From the NCBI GenBank assembly GCA_036380715.1, contig DASVEF010000299.1:7520-71519 (forward strand): a DNA stretch of 64,000 nucleotides, given 5' to 3'. Origin of the DNA: Thermoanaerobaculia bacterium (GTDB lineage: Bacteria; Acidobacteriota; Thermoanaerobaculia; Multivoradales; UBA5704). Shown one piece after another: positions 37,329-46,935 of this stretch. A program made the translations under genes and the position numbers. Position 1 is the first letter of the stretch. Each line of letters begins with the position of its first letter. The notes beneath the pieces are model-generated. The model saw only the letters and a program-made list of their open reading frames with translations. It was not told the origin of the DNA and did not search any database.

Positions 37329-37907
37329 ATGCGCGTCCTCGTTCTGGAGAATCGGGACGCCTTCACCCCGGATCTGGTGAAGGCTCTGGAGGCGCTCGAC
37401 GCGGAGTGCCTGGTCCACCGCGCGGGCAATCTCGACCTGGAAGCCGTCCAGGCGCTCAGGCCGAAGCGGATACTGCTCTCGCCCGGATCGCTCGGGCCGA
37501 AGAAGATCAAGGTCTGTGGAGAGGTGGTCGAGAAGCTGGCGGGAGAGATCCCGATCCTCGGCATCTGCCAGGGCGTGCAGGTGATCGCCTCGGTCGCGGG
37601 AGCGCGCATCCTGTCCACAAAGAAGAAGGTGGAGGGCAAGACCTCGATGGTCCGCCACGACGGCAAGGGGCTCTATCGGGCTCTGCCGAACCCGTTCACG
37701 GCGGCCTGCTCTCCCCTCGTGGTGATCGATCCCACCCACGAGCCCCACTTCGTCGAGCTCAGCGCCTGGAACGAGGACGGCGCGGTCCTGGGGCTCCGCA
37801 TCGGAGGGCTCGGCGTCGAGGGGGTGCAGCTCCACCCGGAGGCGTTCCTCACCGAATCGGGGACCGATCTGCTGTTCAACTTCCTCTACCGCTCCCAGAC
37901 CTGGTAG
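37329..37907 (+). CDS. pabA: Aminodeoxychorismate/anthranilate synthase component II (class-I glutamine amidotransferase)
   Basis: GATase motifs (ILGICQG catalytic Cys; LHPE His/Glu). Sits upstream of a chorismate-binding component I gene and a class-IV aminotransferase. Confidence 0.8.
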   Translation: MRVLVLENRDAFTPDLVKALEALDAECLVHRAGNLDLEAVQALRPKRILLSPGSLGPKKIKVCGEVVEKLAGEIPILGICQGVQVIASVAGARILSTKKKVEGKTSMVRHDGKGLYRALPNPFTAACSPLVVIDPTHEPHFVELSAWNEDGAVLGLRIGGLGVEGVQLHPEAFLTESGTDLLFNFLYRSQTW

Positions 37908-37910
37908 GCC

Positions 37911-39380
37911 ATGTGGTCCGACCGGTTGCCCGAAACGAGGCGGCGCCGGCTCATGGAGCGGTTGCGGGGGGTCCTCCCCGCTCCCCTCCCTCACTCTCGC
38001 GGCGCCACGACCCCGCTCCGGAGCCCCGGCGCACCCGCCCGGCCGGAGCAGGTCGCCGAGGAGCTGCGCCACCTCCCCGGCTTCGCCTGGCTCGACGGCG
38101 GCGGGGAGAGGGATCACCGGTTTTTCGTTCAGCCGTTGGCTGTGCTGACCGCGCGCAAGGGACGGGCGGCCGTCGTAGGGCCGGCCGGCCGGATTACGTT
38201 CTCGGCGGGAGGGTTCGGCCTGCTGGAGGCAGCCTTCGCCGCCTGGGGCGGTCCGGCCAAGGCTTTTCTGACCGGTTATCTCGGCTATGAGCTGTGCGCC
38301 GAGCTCGAACGCTTCGCTCCGGTCTCCCCCGCCGATCTGGAGGACGATCTGAAGACGCCCGACCTCCACCTGGCGCTCTACGTCTCGTGCCTGCGCTGGG
38401 ACGGCCGGAGTTGGACCCTGGAGAGCACCGACGCCTGGCCGGGGATGGGCGATCCGGTCCGCGAGGCCGAGCGCGTGCTCGCCGCCGCCCGGAGGCGCGA
38501 GATCCCGGCTCCCCCAGAGAGTCGCCTGACCTCGGGACCGGTGGTCAGCCGGCCCTCGCGCCCCGGCTTCGAGGCGGGCGTCGAGCGGATCGTGGAGCGC
38601 ATCCGCACCGGCGAGGTCTATCAGGTGAACCTCTGCCGCCGGCTGGAAGCCCCGCTCTCTCCGGAGGATGTCTGGCCTCTCTATCAGAGGCTGCGCGCCG
38701 CGAGCCCCGCCACCCATGGCGCGTTCCTGGACCTCGGGCGCAGTGATTCTCATCGGGCCCTGCTCTCCGTCAGCCCGGAGCTGTTCCTTTCGGTCCGCGA
38801 TGGAGTGGTCGAGACCCGCCCAATCAAGGGGACCCGGCCGCGCGGAGCCACGCCGCGCGAGGATCGGGCCCTGGCCCGCGAGCTCCAGGAGAGCGTCAAG
38901 GACCAGGCGGAGCTGACCATGATCGTCGACGTGGCGCGCAACGATCTGGGGAGGGTCTGCGAGACCGGCACCGTGGAGGTGGTCCGCCACGCCGAGCTGG
39001 TGACGCTGCCGACCCTGCACCACACGGTCTCCACGATCCGCGGCAAGCTGCGCGCGGACGAGAGCCTGGTCGCGCTCTTGCGCGCCGCCTTTCCGCCGGC
39101 CTCGATCACCGGCGCGCCGAAGATCCAGGCGATCGTGGTGGCCGCGGCCGAGGAGGAACGCCGGCGCGGTCCGGCCATGGGGGCCGTGGGCTGGCTCTCG
39201 CTCGGCGGCGACCTGGAGCTGTCGGTGGCGATCCGCACGGCGGTCGCGGCCCGCGGGCGAGTCACCTACCACGCCGGCTGCGGCATCGTCGTCGATTCCG
39301 ATCCGGAGCTCGAATTTGCTGAAAGCACGGTCAAGGCGCGGGCCTTTCTCTCCGCCCTCGGCGTCCCGGAGGTGACGTGA
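37911..39380 (+). CDS. pabB: Aminodeoxychorismate synthase component I (chorismate-binding enzyme)
   Basis: C-terminal chorismate-binding motifs (SITGAPKIQA...GAVGWLSLGGDLELSVAIRT). Confidence 0.8.
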   Translation: MWSDRLPETRRRRLMERLRGVLPAPLPHSRGATTPLRSPGAPARPEQVAEELRHLPGFAWLDGGGERDHRFFVQPLAVLTARKGRAAVVGPAGRITFSAGGFGLLEAAFAAWGGPAKAFLTGYLGYELCAELERFAPVSPADLEDDLKTPDLHLALYVSCLRWDGRSWTLESTDAWPGMGDPVREAERVLAAARRREIPAPPESRLTSGPVVSRPSRPGFEAGVERIVERIRTGEVYQVNLCRRLEAPLSPEDVWPLYQRLRAASPATHGAFLDLGRSDSHRALLSVSPELFLSVRDGVVETRPIKGTRPRGATPREDRALARELQESVKDQAELTMIVDVARNDLGRVCETGTVEVVRHAELVTLPTLHHTVSTIRGKLRADESLVALLRAAFPPASITGAPKIQAIVVAAAEEERRRGPAMGAVGWLSLGGDLELSVAIRTAVAARGRVTYHAGCGIVVDSDPELEFAESTVKARAFLSALGVPEVT

Positions 39381-40108
39381 TCCTCGCTTGGTGGAACGGC
39401 CTCACTCTGCCGGATAACATTGTCCGGATCGATCCCGACGACGCCGGCTTCCTCTACGGCGACGGCCTGTTCGAGACCCTGCGCGTCGACCACGGCCAGG
39501 CCCTGGACGTCGAAGCCCACCTGGACCGCCTCTTCGCCGGCTTCCCCCGGATCGGGATCGACATCCCCGAGGACCGGGAGATGCTGGAGCGCGGCATCGC
39601 CGCGGTCGCCGAGCAGGCCCCCCGTCCGGTGTCACGCTTGCGGATTACGGTCACCCACGGCGCCGGCGCCGAGCCCACTCGGCTGATCCGGGCGGTCCCC
39701 TATTCACCCCCCGGCGAAGGGATGTACCGGAACGGCGTGCCGGTGATCCTCCTTCCCGACTTCCGGGTCGATTCGCAGAGTCCCCTCGCCGGGCTCAAGA
39801 GCCTCTGCTATCAGATGAATCGCCTGGCACTCCTCCGTGCGGAGGCTGCGGGGGCTTTCGATGCCCTGCTGCTCAACGAGCGCGGGCTCCTGGCAGGTGG
39901 ATCGAGGAGCAATGTAATCCTGACCCTCCCCGACGGCGTCTTCACCCCTCCGTTGGCGGATGGCTGCCTTCCGGGGACCGTGCGGCGGCGCCTCTTAGAA
40001 AAGGGAAAGGTTGTTGAGCGGTCGCTGACGCCCGAGGATCTGGAGAACGCGAGGGAGGTTTTTTTAACGAACAGTCTGATCGGGGTGCTGCGGGCCCTCA
40101 CCCCCTGA
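39377..40108 (+). CDS. pabC: Aminodeoxychorismate lyase (class-IV aminotransferase fold)
   Basis: GTG start overlapping pabB. DGLFETLRV...SNVILTL motifs of the PabC/IlvE fold. Confidence 0.75.
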   Translation: MILAWWNGLTLPDNIVRIDPDDAGFLYGDGLFETLRVDHGQALDVEAHLDRLFAGFPRIGIDIPEDREMLERGIAAVAEQAPRPVSRLRITVTHGAGAEPTRLIRAVPYSPPGEGMYRNGVPVILLPDFRVDSQSPLAGLKSLCYQMNRLALLRAEAAGAFDALLLNERGLLAGGSRSNVILTLPDGVFTPPLADGCLPGTVRRRLLEKGKVVERSLTPEDLENAREVFLTNSLIGVLRALTP

Positions 40109-40140
40109 CCCCCTCTCCCGTCACCGGGAGAGGGGGAATC
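40095..40140. repeat. MITE/REP-like element, copy F (solo terminus)
   Basis: ccctcaccccctgaccccctctcccgtcaccgggagagggggaa, overlapping the pabC stop. Confidence 0.7.
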
Positions 40141-40155
40141 TGGTTAGCCAGGCGG

Positions 40156-41622
40156 TTACGACGGCAGCTCGCCGACCACCCGCTTGACCTCGGTCCCGGC
40201 GGGGAACCGGGTGTTCGTGTTCGCGTGGTTGATGATGGCGAGCGTCTCGAGGTCGACGTCCGACGGGTAGCGGCGGGCGAACTCCTCCAGCGTCATGGCG
40301 CTGGGCAGCGACACGATGTCGATCCGCTGCGGCTGGACGTCGAGGAGCCTGCGGTCTCTCACCCGCTCGAAGCTGGCGAGCGAGGAGGAGAGGAGGTCGT
40401 CGTAGCCGTTCCAGCGGTTGGCCATCGTGTAGCCGAGCACCTGGTAGACGCGGTTGTTGTCCTCCACGAAGGCCGCGACGCCCTGGAGGTCGCCGGCCTG
40501 GCCGCGCTGCACGCCGAAGACCCGGGCGACGGCCGGCAGGCCACCGAGGTCCGCCCGCAGCGCCTGCCCCTGCACGATGCCCTGCTGCGAGAAGAACTCG
40601 CGGGCCGCTTCCTCCGGCGAGGTGCGGCCGGAGAGGGTCAGCACCACCACCGCGTCCTCCCGCGGGCTGATGGCGCCCACCGCCTGCTTCTGGTTGCTCG
40701 TCTTCCAGCCCCGCGGGAAGGTGATCTGGAACCCGAGGTCAGGCTGGATGAACGTGTTGCCCCGGAAGTATCCCTCGCGCGGGTTCTGCCCAAAGACGAC
40801 GTTGTCGATCTGCTGCAGGAAGCGCTCGCGGCCCACCGTGGCCTGCGAGAAGTTCTGGTTGAGTCCGGCCACCTGCGACTCGATCCGCTGGATGCGGTTC
40901 TCGGGCGCGGGGTGCGTCGACAGCCAGTTGGGGATCCGGGCGCCCTTCATTTCCCGCTGGCTCACCCGGGCCAGGGTCTCGAACACCCCGCTCATCTCGC
41001 GCGGGTCGTAGTTCTCCCGCACCATGTAGCGCAGGCCCAGGTCGTCGGCCTCGCGCTCGTCGTCGCGGCCGTACTTGAGGAACATGAGCTGGAGACCGGT
41101 GTTCGCGATGTCGCCGTAGTTGGCCAGCTCGGGCTTGAGGATCATGCCGGCGATCAGGCCGATCTGCGCGAGCTGCGCCTTGCTCATCTGCTCGACGCTG
41201 TGGCGTCCGGTCACGTGGCCGATCTCGTGCCCCAGGACCGAGACCAGCTCGGCCTCCGAGCTCATGTGCGAGAGCAGCCCGCGGGTCACGTAGATGAAGC
41301 CTCCGGGCAGGGCGAAGGCGTTGACCACCGGGTCGTCCACCACCCGGAACGTCCAGGGCAGATTCGGCCGCTCCGACTCCGCGGCCAGCCTCTTGCCGAG
41401 GCGTTCGACGTAGGCCTGCAGATCCTGATCAGGATAGAGGCCCAACTGCTGCACCACCTGCTGGTCGGCTTCGCGGCCCATCGCGATCTCTTGCTCTTCA
41501 CCGATGAAGGCAATCTGCTTCTTTCCCGTCGCCGGGTTGGTCGAGCAGCTGGACAGGATGAGCGCACAGGCCACCAGTGCGGTGAGTCTCTCTCTCCAAT
41601 GCTGTGTATTCCACCGAACCAT
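40156..41622 (-). CDS. M48-family zinc metallopeptidase, lipoprotein
   Basis: Start at MVRWNTQHW. Lipobox LILSSCS. HEIGHV zinc-binding motif plus a downstream Glu. The longer track ORF extends upstream spuriously. Confidence 0.85.
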   Translation of the reverse strand: MVRWNTQHWRERLTALVACALILSSCSTNPATGKKQIAFIGEEQEIAMGREADQQVVQQLGLYPDQDLQAYVERLGKRLAAESERPNLPWTFRVVDDPVVNAFALPGGFIYVTRGLLSHMSSEAELVSVLGHEIGHVTGRHSVEQMSKAQLAQIGLIAGMILKPELANYGDIANTGLQLMFLKYGRDDEREADDLGLRYMVRENYDPREMSGVFETLARVSQREMKGARIPNWLSTHPAPENRIQRIESQVAGLNQNFSQATVGRERFLQQIDNVVFGQNPREGYFRGNTFIQPDLGFQITFPRGWKTSNQKQAVGAISPREDAVVVLTLSGRTSPEEAAREFFSQQGIVQGQALRADLGGLPAVARVFGVQRGQAGDLQGVAAFVEDNNRVYQVLGYTMANRWNGYDDLLSSSLASFERVRDRRLLDVQPQRIDIVSLPSAMTLEEFARRYPSDVDLETLAIINHANTNTRFPAGTEVKRVVGELPS

Positions 41623-41769
41623 GGCTCGTCTCCTTGTGAGTCTGCGGCGGGGACCGCGGGCGATCCGTGCCGACACAGAAGGTGGTTGCAAGGACGATGC
41701 CCTCTTTTCAGCCGCGGCGCGGCGATTGCATAGGCGCTGGCGCGGATAGACGGGAGGAAGGAGCAGCTC

Positions 41770-42774
41770 ATGAACATTACAGTCCTGACAGGGCTCGATA
41801 AGAAGGATGGTCCGCACGACGTGGTCGTCGACCAGATCGCTGACGCGCTGCGGCAGAACGGTCACGAAGTGTCCCTGCTGGAGGTCTACAACGACGTCCG
41901 GCAGGTCGTCGACGGGCTCGGCGAACACAAGCCCGACCTGGTCTTCAACCTGCTGGAGAGCTTCGGGGAGGACACCGGCGCCGATGTCGCGGTGGCCGGC
42001 CTGCTCAACCTGCTCGGTGTGCGCTACACCGGCGGCGGCCCCGGGGAGCTCTACCTGCGCCAGGACAAGGGGCTCGCCAAGAAGGTCTTCGCCTTCGACG
42101 GGATCCTCTACCCCCACTTCGCGGTCTTCTCCAGGGATTCCGACCTGGAGACCGGCGGCAAGCTGCGCATGCCGCTGTTCGTCAAGCCGCTGAGCGCCGA
42201 CGCCTCGATCGGCATCGAAGGCGATTCCCTGGTGCGCGACGCGACGTCCCTGATGAAACGGGTCGTCGACATTCACGAAAAGGTGAACGATTCGGCTCTG
42301 GTCGAGGAGTACATCGAGGGGCGCGAGCTCTACGTCGGCGTCCTCGGCAACCGCGAGCCCACGGCCCTGCCGCCGATCGAGGTGGATTTCTCAGGCCTGC
42401 CGGAGGGGGCGCCGCGCGTGCTCGGCTCGAAGGCGAAATGGAACCCCGACAGCGTCGAGTACAAGGGCACGAAGTCGGTGCTGGCCGATGACCTCCCCGA
42501 CGAGCTGCGGGCGCGCCTTCAGAAGACGGCCATCGAGGCCGCCCGCGCCGTGCGGGTGCGCGACTACGGCCGCGTGGACCTGCGGCTGACCGATACAGGT
42601 GACATCTACGTCATCGAGGTCAACGCCAACTGCTACCTGGAGAAAGGGAGCGAGTTCGCCGTCGCCGCAGCCGCCTCGGGGCTGGAGTTTTCCGCCCTGA
42701 TCCAGCGGATCGTGGAGCTGGCGATGGAGCGGTACGAGGCCATCGCCCCCTCCCAGGTCCTCCAGAATGCCTAA
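41770..42774 (+). CDS. D-alanine--D-alanine ligase-family ATP-grasp protein
   Basis: ATP-grasp fold with Ddl-like N- and C-terminal segments (LFVKPLSADASIGI...YIEGRELYVGVLGN...VIEVNANC). Confidence 0.7.
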   Translation: MNITVLTGLDKKDGPHDVVVDQIADALRQNGHEVSLLEVYNDVRQVVDGLGEHKPDLVFNLLESFGEDTGADVAVAGLLNLLGVRYTGGGPGELYLRQDKGLAKKVFAFDGILYPHFAVFSRDSDLETGGKLRMPLFVKPLSADASIGIEGDSLVRDATSLMKRVVDIHEKVNDSALVEEYIEGRELYVGVLGNREPTALPPIEVDFSGLPEGAPRVLGSKAKWNPDSVEYKGTKSVLADDLPDELRARLQKTAIEAARAVRVRDYGRVDLRLTDTGDIYVIEVNANCYLEKGSEFAVAAAASGLEFSALIQRIVELAMERYEAIAPSQVLQNA

Positions 42775-42801
42775 GGCCACAGCACCCATCGCGGGAAGGG
42801 G

Positions 42802-43836
42802 TTACGGCATGTAGCTCCCTCGATGCACGTGGTTCATCGCCAGTGCCGTGACGAGGGTGGTCAGGGCGATGACCGCGGGCACCTCCCGGTCTTCGGGATA
42901 GACCTGCTCCAGGGCTTCGGCACGCTCGGCGAGGTGGTCGAGCAGGCGGCGGGTGCGCTCCGGAAAGTGGCCGGTCCAGCGGTAGACGTCCGCCGGCAGG
43001 TCCCGGCGCAGGCGGCGGATCAGGACGGCCGCGGGACGGCGGGGCGCGTCGGTCGAGAGGTCCTCCGGCCGGCCCAGATCCTCGAAGATGGCGCGCATCG
43101 CGCCGTCCAGCCCTGGAGGGAATTCGCCGCCGGTCCCGCTCATATCGTCGTAATACTGGTCCAGCGTATACGCGATCTCCCCCACGTCCTCGTCGAGCTC
43201 CTCGTCGGTGACGAGCGGCTCGCGGTCGCTCAGCTCGGCCATGACCGCGTCGCAGTAGCTGAGCTTGGCGAGCGCCTCGGGCCAGGCGGCGTACTCCGAT
43301 GACCAGTCGAGCCCGGGGGTCATCCAGACGGCGAACGTCTCCGCCCAGTCCTCGTCCGGATGCTTCTGGGCATACCAGCCCGGGAGGTGGCGGACGTAGC
43401 GCCGGCTGAAGGGCTCCGGCCGGTACTCCTCCCGGTACGGCTGGGTGATCGAGCCGAAGCGCTCGACCCACTCCTCCGAGTCGTAGAGCTCGTAGGCGTA
43501 ATTGACGACGTGCCCCATCTCGTGCCGCAGATAGCGCAGGATGTCGGCGCGCCCCATCCCCTCGACATGCCCGGTGCGCTCGGCGTGGATGCGCGTCAGC
43601 TCCGGATGCGCCAGGTAGAAGGGAATGGCGATGGCGATCGTCTTGAAAGGCACTCCCCACTCGCTGGAGAGGTAGAACCGCGGGCGCACCTTGCGGATGC
43701 CGGCCTGCTCCAGCTCCCGCTCGAATTCCCGCAGGATCGGCTCCAGCGGCGTGCCCTCGATCCGCAGACCGAGGTCCCGGATCGGACGCGACGACAGATT
43801 GGCTTCCTGGAACACGGGCTCCATGGCAGGCTCCAT
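42802..43836 (-). CDS. Putative zinc-dependent metallopeptidase (HExxH)
   Basis: Start at MEPAMEPVFQ. HEMGHVVNY zinc motif. Convergent with the ATP-grasp gene. Confidence 0.55.
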   Translation of the reverse strand: MEPAMEPVFQEANLSSRPIRDLGLRIEGTPLEPILREFERELEQAGIRKVRPRFYLSSEWGVPFKTIAIAIPFYLAHPELTRIHAERTGHVEGMGRADILRYLRHEMGHVVNYAYELYDSEEWVERFGSITQPYREEYRPEPFSRRYVRHLPGWYAQKHPDEDWAETFAVWMTPGLDWSSEYAAWPEALAKLSYCDAVMAELSDREPLVTDEELDEDVGEIAYTLDQYYDDMSGTGGEFPPGLDGAMRAIFEDLGRPEDLSTDAPRRPAAVLIRRLRRDLPADVYRWTGHFPERTRRLLDHLAERAEALEQVYPEDREVPAVIALTTLVTALAMNHVHRGSYMP

Positions 43837-43893
43837 CCTCCCACTAGAGGAAGGCAAGATCGGTGCCGCGCCTCCCATGCTAATCTGTGCTGC

Positions 43894-44190
43894 ATGTCGA
43901 CCGAATACGTCGAGCAACGCGACGGCGGCTACTGGATCGCCGAAACCCGCGTCTCGTTGGACTCGATCGTCCACGCCTTTCTGAACGGGCAGACCGCCGA
44001 GAGCATCGCCCAGTCCTTCCCGGTCCTCCGCCTCGAGCAGGTCTACGGAGCGATTACCTACTATCTCGGTCACCGCGCGGAGGTCGACGCTTACCTGGAG
44101 AAGGTCCGGTCGGAATTCGAAGCCCTGCGCCGGTCAGCCCGCGAGGCGGACCCCATGTTCTACCAGAAGCTCGCGGACGTCAGTTTGTAA
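43894..44190 (+). CDS. DUF433-domain protein (second paralog, no adjacent DUF5615)
   Basis: DGGYWIAETRVSLDSIVHAFLNGQTAESIAQSFPVLRLEQVYGAITYY is the DUF433 signature. Confidence 0.7.
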   Translation: MSTEYVEQRDGGYWIAETRVSLDSIVHAFLNGQTAESIAQSFPVLRLEQVYGAITYYLGHRAEVDAYLEKVRSEFEALRRSAREADPMFYQKLADVSL

Positions 44191-44261
44191 CCTATCCGCC
44201 CTACCCCTCGTACTGTAGACAGCAACCCCGGAGAGGTTGCTTCAACAGGAGGGATAGCCAG

Positions 44262-44900
44262 ATGAAAAAGCTTGTGTCGACCCTTGCCGTCGCGCTGCTG
44301 TGGACGATTCCGGCCAGCGCGGACGAGACCGTGCGGCACTTGAGCAAGCAGATCCCGACGGCCGACGTCGAGCGGGTCAGCCTCGACTTCCCGGTCGGAC
44401 AGCTCCTCGTGGACGGCTGGGACAGCCAGCAGGTCGATCTCGACGTCCGGCTGGAGTGCGAGCGGGACACGCGTTCCTGCCGCGAGGCGGCCCAGAAGGT
44501 GCGGCTCGTCTACAGCACGGATGACGGCCAGCTCCATGTGGAGATGAAGGACTGGCCCAAGATGGGAGGCAAGGGCCTGGAAGCGCACATCCAGATCAAG
44601 GTGCCCCGCCGCCTGGCGCTCAACGCCGACCTCGGCGTCGGCGAGATGCGGATCGCCGGGATCGAGGGCCACCTGAACGCCGATCTCGGCGTGGGCGAGC
44701 TGTCGGTGACGATGCCCGAGTCCGCGGTGGCCTCCGTGAACGCCGACACCGGTGTCGGAGAGGCCAACCTCACCGTGAACGGTAAGCACTACGAGAGCTC
44801 CGGATTCATCGCGAAGGAGATCCGCTGGAAGGACGGGAACGGCAACGCCCGCGTCCAGGTGGACTGCGGGGTCGGCGAGATCGACGTTCGGCTGCAGTAG
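44262..44900 (+). CDS. DUF4097-like putative adhesin/beta-helix protein, secreted
   Basis: Signal peptide MKKLVSTLAVALLWTIPASA. Repeated ADLGVGE(M/L) beta-strand units. RBS AGGAGGG upstream. Confidence 0.6.
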   Translation: MKKLVSTLAVALLWTIPASADETVRHLSKQIPTADVERVSLDFPVGQLLVDGWDSQQVDLDVRLECERDTRSCREAAQKVRLVYSTDDGQLHVEMKDWPKMGGKGLEAHIQIKVPRRLALNADLGVGEMRIAGIEGHLNADLGVGELSVTMPESAVASVNADTGVGEANLTVNGKHYESSGFIAKEIRWKDGNGNARVQVDCGVGEIDVRLQ

Positions 44901-45395
44901 GTGACCGATCTCCACGTCGTCCTCGTCGAGCCGGAGATCCACTGGAACACCGGCAACGCCGGCCGGAGCTGCCTGGCGGCCGGCGCGCAGCTCCACCTGG
45001 TGGAGCCGCTGGGCTTCTCCCTCGACGAGCGGGAGGTGCGCCGCGCCGGGCTCGATTACTGGCCGCGCGTCGATCCGCGGATCTGGCCCTCCTGGGAGAC
45101 CCTGGAGGCGAGGCTCCCCGAGCTCGGGGAGCCTTTCTTCTTCAGCGCGGAGGCGCCGCGGGACTACTGGAGCGTCCGGTATCCCGAGCGCGCCGTGCTG
45201 GTCTTCGGCAGGGAGAGCGTGGGGTTGCCGCCGGAGATCCGGGAGAGGTGGCGGGACCGGCTGGTCGGCATCCCGATCCTGGACCCGGAGATCCGGTCGC
45301 TCAATCTCTCGACTTCGGTGGCTCTGGCGCTGTATGAGGTGATGCGGCAGAGGGGACCGATCCCCATCCTCCCCCGCCCGGGGTCTCCAGAATGA
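44901..45395 (+). CDS. trmL: tRNA (cytidine/uridine-2'-O)-methyltransferase TrmL (SpoU-TrmD class)
   Basis: GTG start. VVLVEPEIHWNTGNAGRSCLAAGAQLHLV...VLVFGRESVGLP...[13 protein letters not shown]. Confidence 0.8.
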   Translation: MTDLHVVLVEPEIHWNTGNAGRSCLAAGAQLHLVEPLGFSLDEREVRRAGLDYWPRVDPRIWPSWETLEARLPELGEPFFFSAEAPRDYWSVRYPERAVLVFGRESVGLPPEIRERWRDRLVGIPILDPEIRSLNLSTSVALALYEVMRQRGPIPILPRPGSPE

Positions 45396-46905
45396 GCCGG
45401 TCTCCGGGCTCCGCCTCGCACCCGTCCACGGAAGCCAGCTCCACCACCTCCCCGGACGCGCGCACCAGCCGCTGACGTCCGGGGAGCCCCGGCTCTCCCC
45501 CGTCCATGCCATAGGGGCGCTCCACCCGGTGCTGGGTGAGGAGCGACAGTGATACGGGCTGGAGGAACGTCAGCTCGCGCACGGCGCCGTCCCCTCCGCG
45601 CCATCGCCCCGCGCCTCCTGAGCCGGCGCGGATGGCGAAACGCTCCAGGCGCACGGGATAGCGGTGCTCGAGCACCTCGGGGTCGGTGATCCGGGTGTTC
45701 GTCATGTGCGTGTGGACCGCGCTCGCTCCGCGGGCTCCGGGAACGGCTCCCGAGCCGCCGCAGACGGTCTCGTAATAGCCGAACCGCGCGTTCCCGAAAA
45801 GCACGTTGTTCATCGTCCCCTGGCTGCAGGCGGCGAGCTTCAGGGCCTTGAGCAGAGTGTCGACGAGGCGCTGGCTGGTCTCGACGTTACCGCCCACGAC
45901 TGCGGGAGCCTCGGCAGGATCCTCCGGAAAGGGCGGGTTCAGCAGGCCCGGCGGAATGCGGATTTCGACCGGGCGGAGGATGCCTTCGTTCAGGGGGAGC
46001 GGCTCGGCGATCAGCAGGCGGAGGACGTACAGCACGGCGCTCCGCACCACCGCCGGCGGCGCGTTCAAATTGCCGGGATGGACGCCGGCCGATCCCGCGA
46101 AGTCGACCACGGCTCCCGAAGGGGAGATGTCGATCCGGACGGCGATCGGCGAGCCGTCGTCCAGCCGTTCCGCGGCCTCGTACCTCGCCTCGGGCAGATG
46201 GGCCAGGGCGGAGCGGAGCCGCTCTTCCGCCCGCGCTTTCAGGGCCGCCATGTAGTGCTCCACCATGGCGCGGCCGTGCTCGCGCGCCAAGCTCCGGAGG
46301 GCTTCCGCGCCGCGATGGTTGGCGGCGGCCGCGGCGCGCAGATCGGCGAGGTTCTCCTCCACCGCCCGGGTGGGGAACGGCGCCTCCAGGAGCAACCGGC
46401 GCATCGCGTCCCATCGGGGCTCGCCGCCGCGGGCCAGATACGCCGGAGGGATCACCACCCCTTCCTCGATCAGACGCCGGGCTCCCGGCGGCATCGACCC
46501 TGGCCGGACGCCGCCGATCTCCGCGTGGTGGGCGCGGCTCCCAACATAGCCCAGCAGCTCCTCGCCTTCCGAGAACACCGGCGTCACGACCGTCACGTCC
46601 GGCAGGTGAGAGCCCCCGAAGCCGGGATGGTTGGTGACCACCACGTCTCCGGGCTCCATGGGGAGGACCTCGCGCAGCCGGCGCACGCAGAGCCCCAGCG
46701 CCCCCAGGTGGACCGGGATGTGCGGCGCGTTGACCACCAGCTCGCCCGCCGAGTCCAGGAGGGCGCACGAGAAGTCCAGACGCTCTTTGACATTCGTCGA
46801 AACGGCGGTGCGCCGCAGCATTTCTCCCATCTGGAGGGCCACGGCCGCGAAGCGATGGGTGAACAGCTCGAGCTGGACGGCCTCGGGGCGGAGGTGAGAG
46901 GTCAT
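45301..46905 (-). CDS. hyuB: Hydantoinase B / oxoprolinase family protein
   Basis: Start at [19 protein letters not shown]; the rest of the long track ORF upstream is spurious. HyuB-family motifs through to the [10 protein letters not shown]-terminus. Its 3' end overlaps convergent trmL by ~95 nt. Confidence 0.8.
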   Translation of the reverse strand: MTSHLRPEAVQLELFTHRFAAVALQMGEMLRRTAVSTNVKERLDFSCALLDSAGELVVNAPHIPVHLGALGLCVRRLREVLPMEPGDVVVTNHPGFGGSHLPDVTVVTPVFSEGEELLGYVGSRAHHAEIGGVRPGSMPPGARRLIEEGVVIPPAYLARGGEPRWDAMRRLLLEAPFPTRAVEENLADLRAAAAANHRGAEALRSLAREHGRAMVEHYMAALKARAEERLRSALAHLPEARYEAAERLDDGSPIAVRIDISPSGAVVDFAGSAGVHPGNLNAPPAVVRSAVLYVLRLLIAEPLPLNEGILRPVEIRIPPGLLNPPFPEDPAEAPAVVGGNVETSQRLVDTLLKALKLAACSQGTMNNVLFGNARFGYYETVCGGSGAVPGARGASAVHTHMTNTRITDPEVLEHRYPVRLERFAIRAGSGGAGRWRGGDGAVRELTFLQPVSLSLLTQHRVERPYGMDGGEPGLPGRQRLVRASGEVVELASVDGCEAEPGDRLILETPGGGGWGSVPSAASPHTAPEPPKSRD

Positions 46906-46935
46906 GGGCGGAATTATAGGAGTTGGGAGAATAGG

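Noticed and set aside
35070-39272. Long alternate-frame ORFs (535 aa plus; 707 aa minus) over the CRTAC1-like and pabAB genes
   Set aside because: Low-complexity, Arg-rich. The opposite or other frames carry clear domain signatures.
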